From positions 33,604,001-33,668,000 of the forward strand of contig CM059449.1 of the NCBI GenBank assembly GCA_030390025.1: a stretch of DNA of 64,000 bases, given 5' to 3'. The translations under genes and the position numbers were made by a program. Source of the stretch: Squalus acanthias. Lineage: Eukaryota. The notes below the pieces were generated by a model, which was given only the letters and a program-made list of their open reading frames with translations, was not told the origin of the DNA and did not search any database. Of this stretch, positions 63,515 to 64,000 are shown piece by piece. Numbering within the stretch: position 1 is the first letter of the stretch; each line of letters opens with the position of its first letter.

Positions 63515-63714
63515 ATGTGGAGATTCCGGTGTTGGACTGGGGGTGGACGAATGTGAGAAGTCGCACAACACCAGGTTATAGTCCAACAGCTTTATTTGAA
63601 ATCACAAGCGTTCGGAGCGCTGCTCCTTCGTCACCTGTCGAAGGAGCAGCGCTCCGAAAGCTTGTGATTTCAAACAAAGCTGTTGAACTATAACCTGGTG
63701 TTGTGCGACTTCTC
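63515..63714. mobile_element. Palindromic Penelope-like insertion: two inverted hammerhead-bearing repeats, 15-bp flanking direct repeat
   Basis: Inverted arms at about 63555-63633 and 63636-63714. CTCCTAATACTTATG occurs at both 63500-63514 and 63712-63726. Confidence 0.8.
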
Positions 63715-63929
63715 CTAATACTTATGTTGTTACCGTTCTAATAGCTTAAATGTTGTTGGAAACCATCACCTTCACGTTCCATTCCAAGTCTGACACTACT
63801 TTGATATGGACATATCTCATAATCCCTGAATTCCATAACACATCTCATTGTGGGTGCACATTCACCAAGGGTTTCAGAGGTCCAAGCACCACCACATTAT
63901 CAATAAAGCCAGAGTTAGTCAATTTTTGC

Positions 63930-64000
63930 AAAAAGAAAATACTGCAGATGCTGGAAATCTGAAATAAAAACAGAAAATGCTGGAGATACTCAACAGGTCA
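63930..64000 (-). mobile_element. Penelope-like terminal repeat (family 2) tail, truncated by the window end
   Basis: Reverse complement closely matches about 53747-53817. Confidence 0.6.

Overview
Repeat-rich eukaryotic DNA, most likely from a cartilaginous fish (shark), inferred from the class I sequence and repeat families. The only host gene I can reconstruct is an apparently intact, divergent (nonclassical) MHC class I heavy-chain gene on the minus strand (about 6.96-20.96 kb). It has alpha1 (16363-16623), alpha2 (11965-12240), alpha3 (11471-11737), TM (8493-8600) and probable cytoplasmic exons (7139-7167, 6956-7006). Unusually, two paralogous 52-nt leader exons lie upstream (18651-18702, 20908-20959), each with an inverted CCAAT about 115 bp further upstream. 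The predicted protein is 347 aa, lacks three of eight canonical peptide-anchor residues and has a strongly hydrophobic groove. A frameshifted orphan alpha1 exon of a paralogue sits at 26071-26330. The rest is mostly mobile DNA: many CR1 LINEs, a second CR1/L2-group LINE family with a partner tRNA-type SINE, L2 and Tx1 fragments, a DeuSINE, two defective Harbinger elements, and about 15-20 palindromic MITE-like elements. It also holds Penelope-like remnants with minimal hammerhead ribozyme motifs, an 18-bp minisatellite, and an N gap at 9610-10112. Exon boundaries and motif positions were counted by hand; repeat boundaries are approximate.
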